Shown in pieces: positions 27,715 to 37,209 of a stretch of DNA of 64,000 bases. The stretch is from Bdellovibrionales bacterium. GTDB taxonomy: Bacteria; Pseudomonadota; Alphaproteobacteria; UBA9219. A model generated the notes under the pieces. That model was not told the origin of the DNA. It saw nothing but the letters and a program-made list of their open reading frames with translations, and did not search any database. The position numbers were made by a program, and so were the translations under genes. Each line of letters starts with the position of its first letter. Positions within the stretch are counted from its first letter, which is position 1. Location of the stretch: contig JBEOJY010000033.1 of the NCBI GenBank assembly GCA_040275305.1, forward strand, positions 17,955 to 81,954, read 5' to 3'.

Positions 27715-28734
27715 ATGGCTTTTTGCGTTCCCCCCGAATGGTCGTCCCACAAGGCGATCTGGACGGCTTGGCCTGCTTCCGCAGAAGACTGGCCTGCTGG
27801 TTTCGTTGCTCCGCGCAAGGACATCACGGCGATGGTTAAGGCTTTGGCGGGTGGCGATGCGGTCAAGGTTTTGGCTTGCGGAGAAGAGGCCGCGCTTTCG
27901 GCGCGTCAGGCTGTTGGCGATGTGGCAGAGGTTATCGCCTTTGAATATGACGATATTTGGCTGCGGGATACTGGGCCGGTGTTCAGCCGCGATGAAGCGA
28001 CTGGTCGATTTCAGGTGGAAATTTTCTGCTTTAATGGTTGGGGTGGCAAGTTCGATTTCCCACGCGATGTTGTTTTGGCGGAAAAGCTGGCGGCATATGT
28101 TGGCGTTGGTTTACGCTCTCACCCATTAGTGTTGGAGGGAGGATCAATCGATACGGATGGCGAGGGAACTTTGCTTTCCACGCGGGAGTGTTTGCTTAAT
28201 CCTAACCGCAATCCTAAGTGGAATGTGCGGCGTATTGAAGACGTGGTCCTGTTGGCTTATGGGGCACGCAAGCTTATTTGGATCGAGCAAGGGTTGGTCA
28301 ACGACCATACGGATGGGCATATCGACAATCTTGCGCGATTTGTCGGGGCTGGCCATGTCGTGTGCCAGTCGCCGTCGGGCAAGGATGATCCCAATGCCGA
28401 GGCTTTGCTTGCCATTGAAAACAGGTTGCGTTCGAGCACAGATGCGGAGGGCAAGCTTTTGCGCGTCACGACGATTCCAAGTCCGGGATTGGTCAAGAAT
28501 TCTGGGGGGCATATTCTTCCCGCAAGCCACATGAATTTTATTATTGGCAACAAGACGGTTGTGGTGCCGGTGTATAATGATTTCGGCAAGGAGGCTGTCG
28601 CGGAACTTGCTTCGGTGTTTCGTGGACGTAAGGTGGTTGGCGTGCCTTCGTTCGGGCTGTTGACGGGGGGGGGCGCTGACTTGTCGGGGGGCGGCGGTTC
28701 GTTTCACTGCATTACGCAGCAGCAGCCGGGATAG
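27715..28734 (+). CDS. aguA: Agmatine deiminase
   Basis: Has the WTAWP N-terminus and the C-terminal GGGSFHCITQQQP catalytic Cys motif of the agmatine deiminase/PAD family. Confidence 0.85.
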   Translation: MAFCVPPEWSSHKAIWTAWPASAEDWPAGFVAPRKDITAMVKALAGGDAVKVLACGEEAALSARQAVGDVAEVIAFEYDDIWLRDTGPVFSRDEATGRFQVEIFCFNGWGGKFDFPRDVVLAEKLAAYVGVGLRSHPLVLEGGSIDTDGEGTLLSTRECLLNPNRNPKWNVRRIEDVVLLAYGARKLIWIEQGLVNDHTDGHIDNLARFVGAGHVVCQSPSGKDDPNAEALLAIENRLRSSTDAEGKLLRVTTIPSPGLVKNSGGHILPASHMNFIIGNKTVVVPVYNDFGKEAVAELASVFRGRKVVGVPSFGLLTGGGADLSGGGGSFHCITQQQPG

Positions 28735-28793
28735 GAGAGGATGTGCCTCCTAAGCCAAAGCATTACTGGATGAAGAGAGATTGTGAAGGAAGG

Positions 28794-28913
28794 GCTGTCA
28801 TTGCGAGGAGATCCCCGCTGAAAGCGGGGATCGACGCGGCAATCCAGAGTCGATAGAATCGCCTTTGCGACTCTGGATCGCCACGTCGCCTTCGGCTTCT
28901 CGCGATGACGGCC
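28794..28913. repeat. MITE-like element, family A, copy 3
   Basis: GGCTGTCATTGCGAGGAG...CTCGCGATGACGGCCC. It lies between aguA and aguB. Confidence 0.65.
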
Positions 28914-28981
28914 CTTACTCTTCAGTATTAACACCCGATTATTCTATGTCCTGCTTGGTAGTTACGATTGGAGTGCGCAGC

Positions 28982-29842
28982 ATGAGAAATGTTACGGTGG
29001 CGGCTTTGCAGTGCAGTTATAGTCGGGATACGCAAGCCAATTTTGCGAAGACGGAAATGCTTGCGCGCGAAGCGGCAAAGGACGGAGCGCAAATTATCCT
29101 GCCGTCAGAGCTGTTTCAGAACATCTATTTTTGCACGACGCAGGATTCGCGCTGGTTTGCGGAGGCCTATCCCGTCGCAGAGCATCCTTGCGTCAGGCAT
29201 TTCCAGCCGATCGCAAAAGAGCTTGGCGTTGCGCTGCCTATTTCGATTTTCGAGCGCGACGGGGTGCATCATTACAACAGCGTCGTTGTGATTGACGCAG
29301 ATGGGGCGCTGTTAGGCGTTTATCGTAAAACGCACATTCCAGACGGGCCGGGGTATCAGGAGAAGTTTTATTTCAGGCCGGGCGATACGGGGTACAAGGT
29401 TTGGAAAACCCGCTTTGCCACAATCGGCGTTGGGATTTGCTGGGATCAATGGTTTCCAGAATGCGCACGCGCCATGGCGCTGAAAGGGGCCGAGATCTTA
29501 TTTTATCCTACCGCTATTGGTTCGGAGCCACATGATCCTGCGCTTGACACATCCTTGCCGTGGCAGAGAGCCATGGTTGGGCATGCAGTGTGCAATGTCG
29601 TTCCTGTGGTCGCATCCAACAGGGTCGGGACAGAGGAGGGGCTAGGCGCGCCGCAGACCTATTACGGGCGCTCGTTTATCGCCAATTCTCGTGGCGATTT
29701 GGTCGCAAGCATGGGCAGGGAGCAAGAAGGCTATCTTAAGGCGACGTTTGATCTTGATGATATCGACAGGCAGCGCCGCGCGGAATGGGGTTTTTTCCGC
29801 GACAGGCGGGAGGAGTTCGACGCGATGCCGACAGCTTCTTGA
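28982..29842 (+). CDS. aguB: N-carbamoylputrescine amidohydrolase (CN-hydrolase/nitrilase superfamily)
   Basis: MRNVTVAALQCSYS..., the ...GVGICWDQWFPE catalytic Cys region and the EWGFFRDRR C-terminus are present. A GGAGTG ribosome-binding site precedes the ATG at 28982. Confidence 0.85.
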   Translation: MRNVTVAALQCSYSRDTQANFAKTEMLAREAAKDGAQIILPSELFQNIYFCTTQDSRWFAEAYPVAEHPCVRHFQPIAKELGVALPISIFERDGVHHYNSVVVIDADGALLGVYRKTHIPDGPGYQEKFYFRPGDTGYKVWKTRFATIGVGICWDQWFPECARAMALKGAEILFYPTAIGSEPHDPALDTSLPWQRAMVGHAVCNVVPVVASNRVGTEEGLGAPQTYYGRSFIANSRGDLVASMGREQEGYLKATFDLDDIDRQRRAEWGFFRDRREEFDAMPTAS

Positions 29843-29927
29843 TTGGCGTAGCTGATTTGGGGACAGACGTATTCCGGTTGTGCTACTGCCCCTTGCCCGC
29901 CGCGAAGCAATATGCGAGGAATGACGC

Positions 29928-30614
29928 ATGTCAGACAACATGTTCTCACAACAGCCGTTCTCGCACAGCAATCCTTTCGCTTTCGGAGGCGTGCAGCGCC
30001 GGGGATTGATGATGGTGTTGTCATCCCCTTCCGGCGCTGGCAAAACCACGATTTCGCGCCGGATGTTGGAGTCGGACTCTGAGCTGACATTGTCAATCTC
30101 GGTGACGACACGCCCGCCACGCCCCAACGAAGTCGACGGACGCGATTATCATTTTATTGATACGACAGAATTCAACCTGATGCTGAACCGCGACCAGCTT
30201 CTTGAGCACGCGAAGTATCTTACAAATTACTACGGAACTCCGCGCCTACCCGTGGAACAGGCGTTGGCTTCCGGCAAGGACATTCTGTTCGATATCGAAT
30301 GGCAAGGCACTCAGCAGTTGGCTGAAAAGGTTCGCGCCGATCTTGTCAGCGTTTTTATTCTTCCCCCCACGTGGAAAGACTTGGAAAAGCGGCTTTATAC
30401 GCGCGCGCAGGACGATCCGTCGGAGATTAACCGCCGCATGGCCAAAGCTGCCGACGAAATGAGCCATTGGGCGGAGTACGACTACGTCATCATTAACCGC
30501 GACTTGGACGAATCGGTGCAAGCCGCGCGCGCTATCCTTCAAAGCGAACGCCTTAAGCGCAACCGTCAGGTAGGGCTTGCGGAATTCGTCAACGGCCTCA
30601 AGCAGCGGCAGTAA
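29928..30614 (+). CDS. gmk: Guanylate kinase
   Basis: Has the P-loop SSPSGAGKTT and Gmk-family sequence. A GAGGA Shine-Dalgarno lies upstream. Confidence 0.85.
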   Translation: MSDNMFSQQPFSHSNPFAFGGVQRRGLMMVLSSPSGAGKTTISRRMLESDSELTLSISVTTRPPRPNEVDGRDYHFIDTTEFNLMLNRDQLLEHAKYLTNYYGTPRLPVEQALASGKDILFDIEWQGTQQLAEKVRADLVSVFILPPTWKDLEKRLYTRAQDDPSEINRRMAKAADEMSHWAEYDYVIINRDLDESVQAARAILQSERLKRNRQVGLAEFVNGLKQRQ

Positions 30615-30671
30615 TCATATCCGGAGAAACAGGAATACTCCGTAGGATTGGAAACCCGAAAAGCAACAAGG

Positions 30672-30797
30672 GCCGTCATCGCGAGGAGCCTTCTTCAGGC
30701 GACGACGCGATCCAGAGCCACAGAGGCAATTCTATCGACTCTGGATCGCCTAAGTCGTCTCCCGCTTTGCAAGCGGGAAACTCCTCGCGATGACGCC
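30672..30797. repeat. MITE-like element, family A, copy 4
   Basis: GGCCGTCATCGCGAGGAG...CTCCTCGCGATGACGCCC. Confidence 0.65.
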
Positions 30798-30883
30798 CTT
30801 TCCGCAAGGATTGTCTTTCATGAACCATAAGAAGCGCTTTAAGGGCTAGTGATTTTCGGCTTTCCAAGCATACGGAGGATAAC

Positions 30884-31273
30884 ATGACTGACATTGATCT
30901 GCAGGCTAAAGTTAGGGAGGCGCTCGACTCTACCAACGGCAACCGCCATGACGCGCAGAAATTGCTGATCGCATGGGCCGTCAGGGATCATCAGATGCTG
31001 CTCAACATGACTAAACAACATCTAAAGGCCATCGCTACCGCATTAATCGAATGCGCCGAAAGACCTCCCGTTCCTGCAAATACAAGTCAGCAAGCGGATT
31101 CCAAACTATCGCAGAAAGCGCTCGTCGGAATTCTAGCCGACGACTCCAACGATCACCTCGTTCAAGATAAACGACGTCGCGCAAATCTTCCGCCGCCGAA
31201 GACAACGGAGCGCCAAGCTTCCGCGATGCGGCAACTTGCGGAGGCATATGCTAGGAAACGTGACGAGAATTAG
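30884..31273 (+). CDS. Hypothetical protein (129 aa), with no recognised domain
   Basis: Uninterrupted ORF. It is convergent with the ORF at 31270-32100, and the two stop codons overlap (TTAG). Confidence 0.4.
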   Translation: MTDIDLQAKVREALDSTNGNRHDAQKLLIAWAVRDHQMLLNMTKQHLKAIATALIECAERPPVPANTSQQADSKLSQKALVGILADDSNDHLVQDKRRRANLPPPKTTERQASAMRQLAEAYARKRDEN

Positions 31274-32100
31274 GCCGCGTTGGCTTTTTCTCCACGGCAT
31301 CCGCACGTCGTGGCCGAGGCGTCCATGACCTTCATCAAGGTATGATCATGAGTTGGATCTATTAGGCAATACCCGCCGAGCATGTCGGAATGAATGGGTA
31401 TCACAACGGGCTTTTGAAGGTTTGGATCCAGATCGCAGAAGTATGCCAACGCTTCGGTAACGTAAAGCGCTGTGCGTCTGGCAATTGCAACTGCCAGATA
31501 ATCATGGAATTGAACCTTGTTACGCGCAGCGCTCGATTCATACGCCGTTAGAACGGCATCGCGGAATTCCCTGTTTGCCTTTGCGACTTGATCTAATGGA
31601 CGATTTCCCCATGAAACTGGATCGCTTGCTAAAACCTTTGCCATGTAGCAGTCGTTATGACTGAATAAGACAATGCTTGGCTGTCCGTAAGCTCCGTAGT
31701 ACCCCATGTTTTCAGGACTGCGCATGTGGCGCAGGTAAAGATCAAGATGCGCATAGTAGGGGTGAGGGGGCTCGCTTCCCTTCGAATTGAAACGCGGAAT
31801 AATTAGCCCCGCATACGCCTCCGACTGAGCTTCCTTTAAACCAATCGCAAAGATGCTGCTTGTGTCGCAGCTCGGCTCAACGCAGCGCAAAATGCTCATC
31901 AGCGGAACCACAGGCTTCTTCGGAGCCTCGCCTGTGTCGCGCTCGACCTTCTTCGCCGTAGCTTTGCAGCCAAGCTTGGCAAGGCCGAAATAAAGGCGTT
32001 GAATAATAGGGTGATCAATCGCTTCCGCAGCCGGAGCAAGCAAAAACTCTCTAGCCTTGTCCACCGCAATCAAATTCGTATCTGGAGCAAATATGCTCAT
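31270..32100 (-). CDS. Hypothetical protein (276 aa), with no recognised domain
   Basis: Uninterrupted ORF with a Cys-rich C-terminus (TTCGCRGEK). It sits inside a MITE-bracketed interval. Confidence 0.5.
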   Translation of the reverse strand: MSIFAPDTNLIAVDKAREFLLAPAAEAIDHPIIQRLYFGLAKLGCKATAKKVERDTGEAPKKPVVPLMSILRCVEPSCDTSSIFAIGLKEAQSEAYAGLIIPRFNSKGSEPPHPYYAHLDLYLRHMRSPENMGYYGAYGQPSIVLFSHNDCYMAKVLASDPVSWGNRPLDQVAKANREFRDAVLTAYESSAARNKVQFHDYLAVAIARRTALYVTEALAYFCDLDPNLQKPVVIPIHSDMLGGYCLIDPTHDHTLMKVMDASATTCGCRGEKANAA

Positions 32101-32293
32101 AGGAATATCCTTTCTGTTAGGTCAATTATTTCTTTTGCGGCCAGATAATATCCTATTTTTGCATGGCGCAAAGAAGAAAGAGAACTATATTTGTCTTATT
32201 TATCTAACAGTCCTCTGAATAACACTTTTTGGGGTGGTTATGCTTATATACTTCTAACGGTTCGAGAGTTGGCAAAAAGCCCCCGATAGCGCA

Positions 32294-32473
32294 GCGTCAC
32301 ACCCGCGCAGGCGGGTGTCCACCACTTTTCGCTAGGCGAGGTTTCAACTCGCCGCCGTCACACCCGCGCAGGCGGGTGTCCACCTCATGTTCTCTATGCA
32401 AGCGATTCATTCGCATGATTTTTGCTTGTTCTCAGCATTTGGAGATGGACACCCGCCTGCGCGGGTGTGACGC
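32294..32473. repeat. MITE-like element, family B variant (GTCACACCCGCGCAGGCGGGTGTCCA hairpins, left arm tandemly duplicated)
   Basis: Two direct copies of GTCACACCCGCGCAGGCGGGTGTCCAC lie at 32296 and 32358. One inverted copy, TGGACACCCGCCTGCGCGGGTGTGAC, lies at 32446. Confidence 0.6.
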
Positions 32474-32555
32474 TTGTTTTTGCCGCGACATTTTCCCAAC
32501 TCTTCACGTGCGATGAGTATAGAAAAAAAGAAAACAGGATGCGTTGGGTCGCGTG

Positions 32556-32759
32556 TCAGGATTCTGCGATCTTTCTTGCTTCGTCGGCAAGCATGATTGG
32601 AATTCCTTCGCGAATGGGATAGGCCAGTTTGGCTTTGTCGCTGACAAGCTCCTGCCTTGCCGCGTCATAACGCAGCGGTCCTTTCGTCACCGGACACACC
32701 AGCATATCCAGTAATCTTGGATCTATGCGACGGCTGGAATTGCTTGTGGAACCTGACAT
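32556..32759 (-). CDS. Trm112 family protein (UPF0434)
   Basis: A 67-aa protein with [17 protein letters not shown]...[12 protein letters not shown]. Confidence 0.75.
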   Translation of the reverse strand: MSGSTSNSSRRIDPRLLDMLVCPVTKGPLRYDAARQELVSDKAKLAYPIREGIPIMLADEARKIAES

Positions 32760-32777
32760 TGAATATCCTTCGAGGAA

Positions 32778-35474
32778 TCACGCCGCGTTCTTTCGTGCCG
32801 CCGTATCTTTTTCGTTCTCGACCGCCGCTTGCGCCGCAGCGAGGCGGGCAATTGGGATGCGGTAGGGCGAGCACGAAACGTAATTCAGACCTATGTGGTG
32901 GCAGAATTTCACCGAGTCGGGATCGCCTCCATGCTCGCCGCATATCCCTAGTTTGATATCTGGGCGCGTCTTGCGCCCGCGCTCGACCGCCAGCTTGATC
33001 AACTCGCCCACCCCGTCCTGATCCAGCGAGGCGAACGGATCGCGCTCGAACACGCCAGCGCTGTAGTAATCCGGCAGAAAGCTTGCCGCGTCGTCGCGGC
33101 TTAAGCCAAAAGTCGTCTGCGTCAAATCATTGGTTCCGAAACTGAAGAATTGCGCCGTTTCCGCTATCTCGCCCGCCCTCAACGCCGCTCTGGGCAATTC
33201 GATCATCGTGCCGACGAGGTACTGGACTTCTACGCCTGTCTTGATCTGCACGTCCTGCGCAACGCGGGTAACCATGGCCGCCAGAATATCGAGTTCCTTC
33301 TTCGTTGCCACGAGCGGGATCATGATTTCCGGATGAACCTTCTTGCCTTGCTTAACGACTTCAGATGCCGCGTGGAATATCGCTCGCGCCTGCATTTCGT
33401 AAATCTCAGGATACGATATCCCCAGCCTGCACCCGCGATGGCCCAGCATCGGATTCGCCTCATGCAGCTGATGCGCTCTTTTCCGTACTTTCTCGACGCT
33501 GCACCTCGCCGCGCTCGCCACGACCTCCATATCGCGCTCCGAGTTCGGCAGAAACTCATGCAATGGCGGATCAAGCAAGCGAATCGTGACGGGCAAGCCC
33601 TCCATGATCGTGAACAGTTCGACGAAGTCTTGTTTCTGAAATGGTTCCAGCTTTGCGAGCGCCGCGCGACGGCCATTTTCGTTATCCGCGATAATCATCT
33701 CACGCATGGCCGCAATGCGCTCGTCGTTGAAGAACATATGCTCCGTGCGGCACAGCCCTATTCCCTCCGCGCCGAATTTGCGCGCCATGGCGGCGTCTAA
33801 GGGAGTTTCCGCATTCGCATGCACGCCAAGCTTCCGCATGGAGTCTGCCCACCCCATCAGCGTCGAAAAATCTCCGGACAATTCGGGACGTACCGTCGGA
33901 ATCTCGCCTAGCATGATCTCGCCTGTCGAGCCATCTATTGTAATGATATCGCCCGCTTTGATCGCGATGCCTTTCGCGCTCATTTCCTGCTTCGCGTAGT
34001 CGATATGAAGTTCTCCTGCTCCTGCCACACAAGCGCGCCCCATCCCACGCGCGACAACCGCCGCATGGCTTGTCATGCCGCCGCGACTCGTCACAATTCC
34101 TTTTGCCGCATGCATTCCGTGAATGTCTTCGGGGCTTGTCTCCACACGGCACAAAATTATTTTTTGTCCCTTCGCCGCAAGAGCTTCCGCCTCATCCGCG
34201 TTAAATACAACGCGCCCAGACGCAGCGCCGGGAGAAGCTGGCAGTCCCTTTGCGACAATCCGCTTTTTGGCTTTAGGATCCAGTGTCGGGTGCAGCAATT
34301 GGTCGAGCGATGAGGCTTCAACGCGCGTGATCGCTTCCTGCTTTGAAATCAGCCCCTCTCCAACCATCTCCACCGCTACTTTCAGCGCTGCGGCAGCCGT
34401 GCGTTTGCCACTGCGAGTCTGGAGCATATAAAGCTTGCCTTGTTGCACGGTAAACTCGATATCCTGCATGTCTCGGTAGTGCTTTTCGAGTTTCAACCGC
34501 ACGTCGTTTAGCTGTTTGAACACTTCGGGCATAACTTCTTCCATCGGGGGAAGATCGGAATGGTTTTCCTGCTTGCCTTTGATCGTCAAATGCTGTGGCG
34601 TGCGAATGCCTGCGACGACATCTTCCCCCTGCGCATTGACAAGATATTCACCATAAAATGCATTTTCACCGGTCGAGGGATTGCGCGTAAAAGCTACACC
34701 CGTGCAGCAATCTTTCCCCATATTTCCGAAGACCATCGCCTGCACATTAACGGCAGTGCCCCAGTCGGCGGGGATCTCGTGCAACTTGCGGTAGGTTATC
34801 GCGCGAGAGTTCATCCATGAGCCGAACACAGCCCCGATCGCGCCCCAAAGCTGCTCATGCACATCTTGCGGGAAGGGCCTTCCGAGCGTTTTCTGCACCA
34901 TCTCAAGATAGCCTTCCGCAGCTTCCTGCCAATCTTCCGCCATCATTTCCGTGTCGCCGCGATAGCGACGCGCGCGTTTGATATCGTCAAGTATGTCTTC
35001 GAATTTATGATGCTCAATCCCTAGCACGACAGAACCGTACATTTGAATAAAGCGGCGATAGCTGTCCCATGCAAATCGCGCATCGCCGCTTTTGGCTTTC
35101 AACCCTTCGACAGTTTGCTTATTCAGACCTAGATTAAGCACAGTATCCATCATTCCCGGCATTGACGCGCGGGCGCCAGAACGCACCGATACTAGCAGAG
35201 GATTGCGTTCATCACCGAATTTCGCGCCAACGATTTTCTCGACAACTTCTAGCGCCGCCGTGGCTTGCGCTTTCAGATCGGAATGATAACCATGGTCGTG
35301 CGCATAATAGTGAGCGCAGACTTCGGTTGTGATAGTGAAACCCGGAGGAACCGGAAGCCCTAGATTGGACATCTCCGCTAGTCCCGCCCCTTTGCCGCCA
35401 AGAAGGTTGCGCATATCCGCGCGTCCGTCGGACTTGCCGTCGCCAAATGCATATACCCACTTTTGCGCAACCAT
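32778..35474 (-). CDS. ppdK: Pyruvate, phosphate dikinase
   Basis: Full-length PPDK homology: MVAQKWVYAFGDGKSDGRADMRNLLGGKGAGLAEM..., a TSHAAVVARG phospho-His region and a C-terminal PEP-utilising domain. A GGAGGAG Shine-Dalgarno lies 8 nt before the ATG at 35474. Confidence 0.9.
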   Translation of the reverse strand: MVAQKWVYAFGDGKSDGRADMRNLLGGKGAGLAEMSNLGLPVPPGFTITTEVCAHYYAHDHGYHSDLKAQATAALEVVEKIVGAKFGDERNPLLVSVRSGARASMPGMMDTVLNLGLNKQTVEGLKAKSGDARFAWDSYRRFIQMYGSVVLGIEHHKFEDILDDIKRARRYRGDTEMMAEDWQEAAEGYLEMVQKTLGRPFPQDVHEQLWGAIGAVFGSWMNSRAITYRKLHEIPADWGTAVNVQAMVFGNMGKDCCTGVAFTRNPSTGENAFYGEYLVNAQGEDVVAGIRTPQHLTIKGKQENHSDLPPMEEVMPEVFKQLNDVRLKLEKHYRDMQDIEFTVQQGKLYMLQTRSGKRTAAAALKVAVEMVGEGLISKQEAITRVEASSLDQLLHPTLDPKAKKRIVAKGLPASPGAASGRVVFNADEAEALAAKGQKIILCRVETSPEDIHGMHAAKGIVTSRGGMTSHAAVVARGMGRACVAGAGELHIDYAKQEMSAKGIAIKAGDIITIDGSTGEIMLGEIPTVRPELSGDFSTLMGWADSMRKLGVHANAETPLDAAMARKFGAEGIGLCRTEHMFFNDERIAAMREMIIADNENGRRAALAKLEPFQKQDFVELFTIMEGLPVTIRLLDPPLHEFLPNSERDMEVVASAARCSVEKVRKRAHQLHEANPMLGHRGCRLGISYPEIYEMQARAIFHAASEVVKQGKKVHPEIMIPLVATKKELDILAAMVTRVAQDVQIKTGVEVQYLVGTMIELPRAALRAGEIAETAQFFSFGTNDLTQTTFGLSRDDAASFLPDYYSAGVFERDPFASLDQDGVGELIKLAVERGRKTRPDIKLGICGEHGGDPDSVKFCHHIGLNYVSCSPYRIPIARLAAAQAAVENEKDTAARKNAA

Positions 35475-35662
35475 AATTGGCTCCTCCTCATCGCGGCCAT
35501 GTTCGGCAACGCTCGGGGAGCTTTTCCGCATGGCTTGCTCGCAAAATAGACCTCATTTCGCGATCTAGCAACCTGCGAATAGAGCGCTTGCGCGCGGAAA
35601 TTAGCGAATTGCGTATTCGGTCGTAAAGCCGTAGGAAGTAAAGTCTATCCTGCGGGTGCTTC

Positions 35663-36904
35663 ATGACTATTTTTCAGACGATCGCTTTGCTTCTTATCCT
35701 TGCTGCGGCTGGCGCTTATTTTAATCGTCGAGTGTTCAAGCTTCCGGCTACAATCGGCATCATGGTTTTCGCCCAACTTTTGTCGCTCGCCGCGATCGGC
35801 CTTAACGGCATGGGCCTCATTGATCTTCATCATGTCAGCGAGTTTGTCGCGAGAATTGATTTTCCGAATGTCATGCTTCATGGGTTGCTGTCGTTTCTGC
35901 TCTTTGCGGGAGCGTTGCGCGTGGATTTTGCCGAACTGAAGAAAAACAAGGTGACTGTGATCGTGCTGGCTACTGTTAGCGTCGCGCTGTCGATGCTGAT
36001 CGTCAGCGCCTTGATTTGGCTTGCCGCATTATGGTTAGGACATGCCCTGCCATATGCCCATGCGATGTTGTTCGGAGCCTTGATCGCTCCTACTGATCCT
36101 GTCGCCGTTTTGTCCACTCTCAAGGAAACCACGTTGACCAAAAGTCTGAGAATTAAAATTGGTTGCGAAAGTCTTTTGAACGATGGCATGGGGGTTGTGC
36201 TGTTCCTGCTGATTCTTGGCATCGCTATGCAGCCCGAAACGCATAGCGTCAACGCGCCGCAGGTCCTGATTATGGGGATCGGCTCGGTCTGTGGCGGAAT
36301 CGCGTTGGGCCTTGCCTCTGGCTGGCTGGCTTGCAGCCTTATCAACAGCATTGACGATTATAATATTGAAGTCTTGCTGACTCTTGCGTTGGCGGCTGGG
36401 AGCTATGCGCTGGCTGAAGCGCTCTACGTGTCCGCTCCGGTCACGGTCGTCGTGGCTGGTCTTGTCATTGGCAATCATGGACGCATGTTCAATATGGCCG
36501 ACAAGACCCGTAACTATCTCGATACTTTTTGGGAGTTGCTGGATCAAACCGTCAACGCCATTCTCTTTATGCTTATCGGCATGCAGATGATCGTGATTCC
36601 CGTGGATGAGCTTTCCGTCACATTGGGTTTAATCGCGATACCTGTTGTTTTACTGGCTCGTTATATCAGCGTCGCTTTGCCCATCATGGCCATGTCGCTT
36701 CGTTCAAAATTCGAGCCGGGAACCTTGACGTTGCTGACATGGGGAGGGCTGCGCGGAGGAATCTCCATCGCCATGGCGCTTTCGCTTCCCGCTGGGCACG
36801 AGAAGAATCTTTTACTTGGCATGACTTATATCGTCGTAGTCTTTTCAATTCTTGTTCAAGGCACTACCTTCCGCCGCGTCGCGAACGGCACGGCAAAGCC
36901 ATAG
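35663..36904 (+). CDS. Na+/H+ antiporter (CPA1 family)
   Basis: A 413-aa protein with about 11 TM helices. The ...APTDPVAV... motif is typical of NhaP/CPA1. Confidence 0.8.
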   Translation: MTIFQTIALLLILAAAGAYFNRRVFKLPATIGIMVFAQLLSLAAIGLNGMGLIDLHHVSEFVARIDFPNVMLHGLLSFLLFAGALRVDFAELKKNKVTVIVLATVSVALSMLIVSALIWLAALWLGHALPYAHAMLFGALIAPTDPVAVLSTLKETTLTKSLRIKIGCESLLNDGMGVVLFLLILGIAMQPETHSVNAPQVLIMGIGSVCGGIALGLASGWLACSLINSIDDYNIEVLLTLALAAGSYALAEALYVSAPVTVVVAGLVIGNHGRMFNMADKTRNYLDTFWELLDQTVNAILFMLIGMQMIVIPVDELSVTLGLIAIPVVLLARYISVALPIMAMSLRSKFEPGTLTLLTWGGLRGGISIAMALSLPAGHEKNLLLGMTYIVVVFSILVQGTTFRRVANGTAKP

Positions 36905-36957
36905 CAAGAACATCAATATACCTCTTGCATAACTGCATGCCACCCTACAGATGGATG

Positions 36958-37137
36958 CATTGACATTGCAGGAAAAACAAGCCACACGCGTCATTCCGGC
37001 GAAAGCTGGAAACCAGCTTGCGAGCGGCAGCGAGCGGAACAGAACGGATTTACGGCCTACGATTGTGAGCGTGATGGAGAGTCTTTCGCGCCGCAGACGC
37101 GGCGCTGCTGGATTCCGGCTTTCGCCGGAATGACGCT
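36958..37137. repeat. MITE-like element, family C (GTCATTCCGGCGAAAGC...GCTTTCGCCGGAATGAC)
   Basis: The terminal inverted repeats are read from the sequence. The left-flank leader TTGACATTGCAGGAAAAACAAGCC is shared with the family B copy at 61478. Confidence 0.6.
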
Positions 37138-37209
37138 TTCAGCTAAGATAAGTTTTGTTATCAAACAGATGAATATATAAGACACATACTTGTTCCGGCT
37201 GTCGCGCTC

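Noticed and set aside
32294-32380. Tandem 26-bp direct repeat that superficially resembles a CRISPR
   Set aside because: There are only two direct copies plus one inverted copy, the units are themselves hairpins, and it matches the family B MITE termini. There is no cas context.
33130-34431. Multiple plus- and minus-strand ORFs within 32778-35474
   Set aside because: They are all nested in or antisense to the full-length ppdK reading frame.
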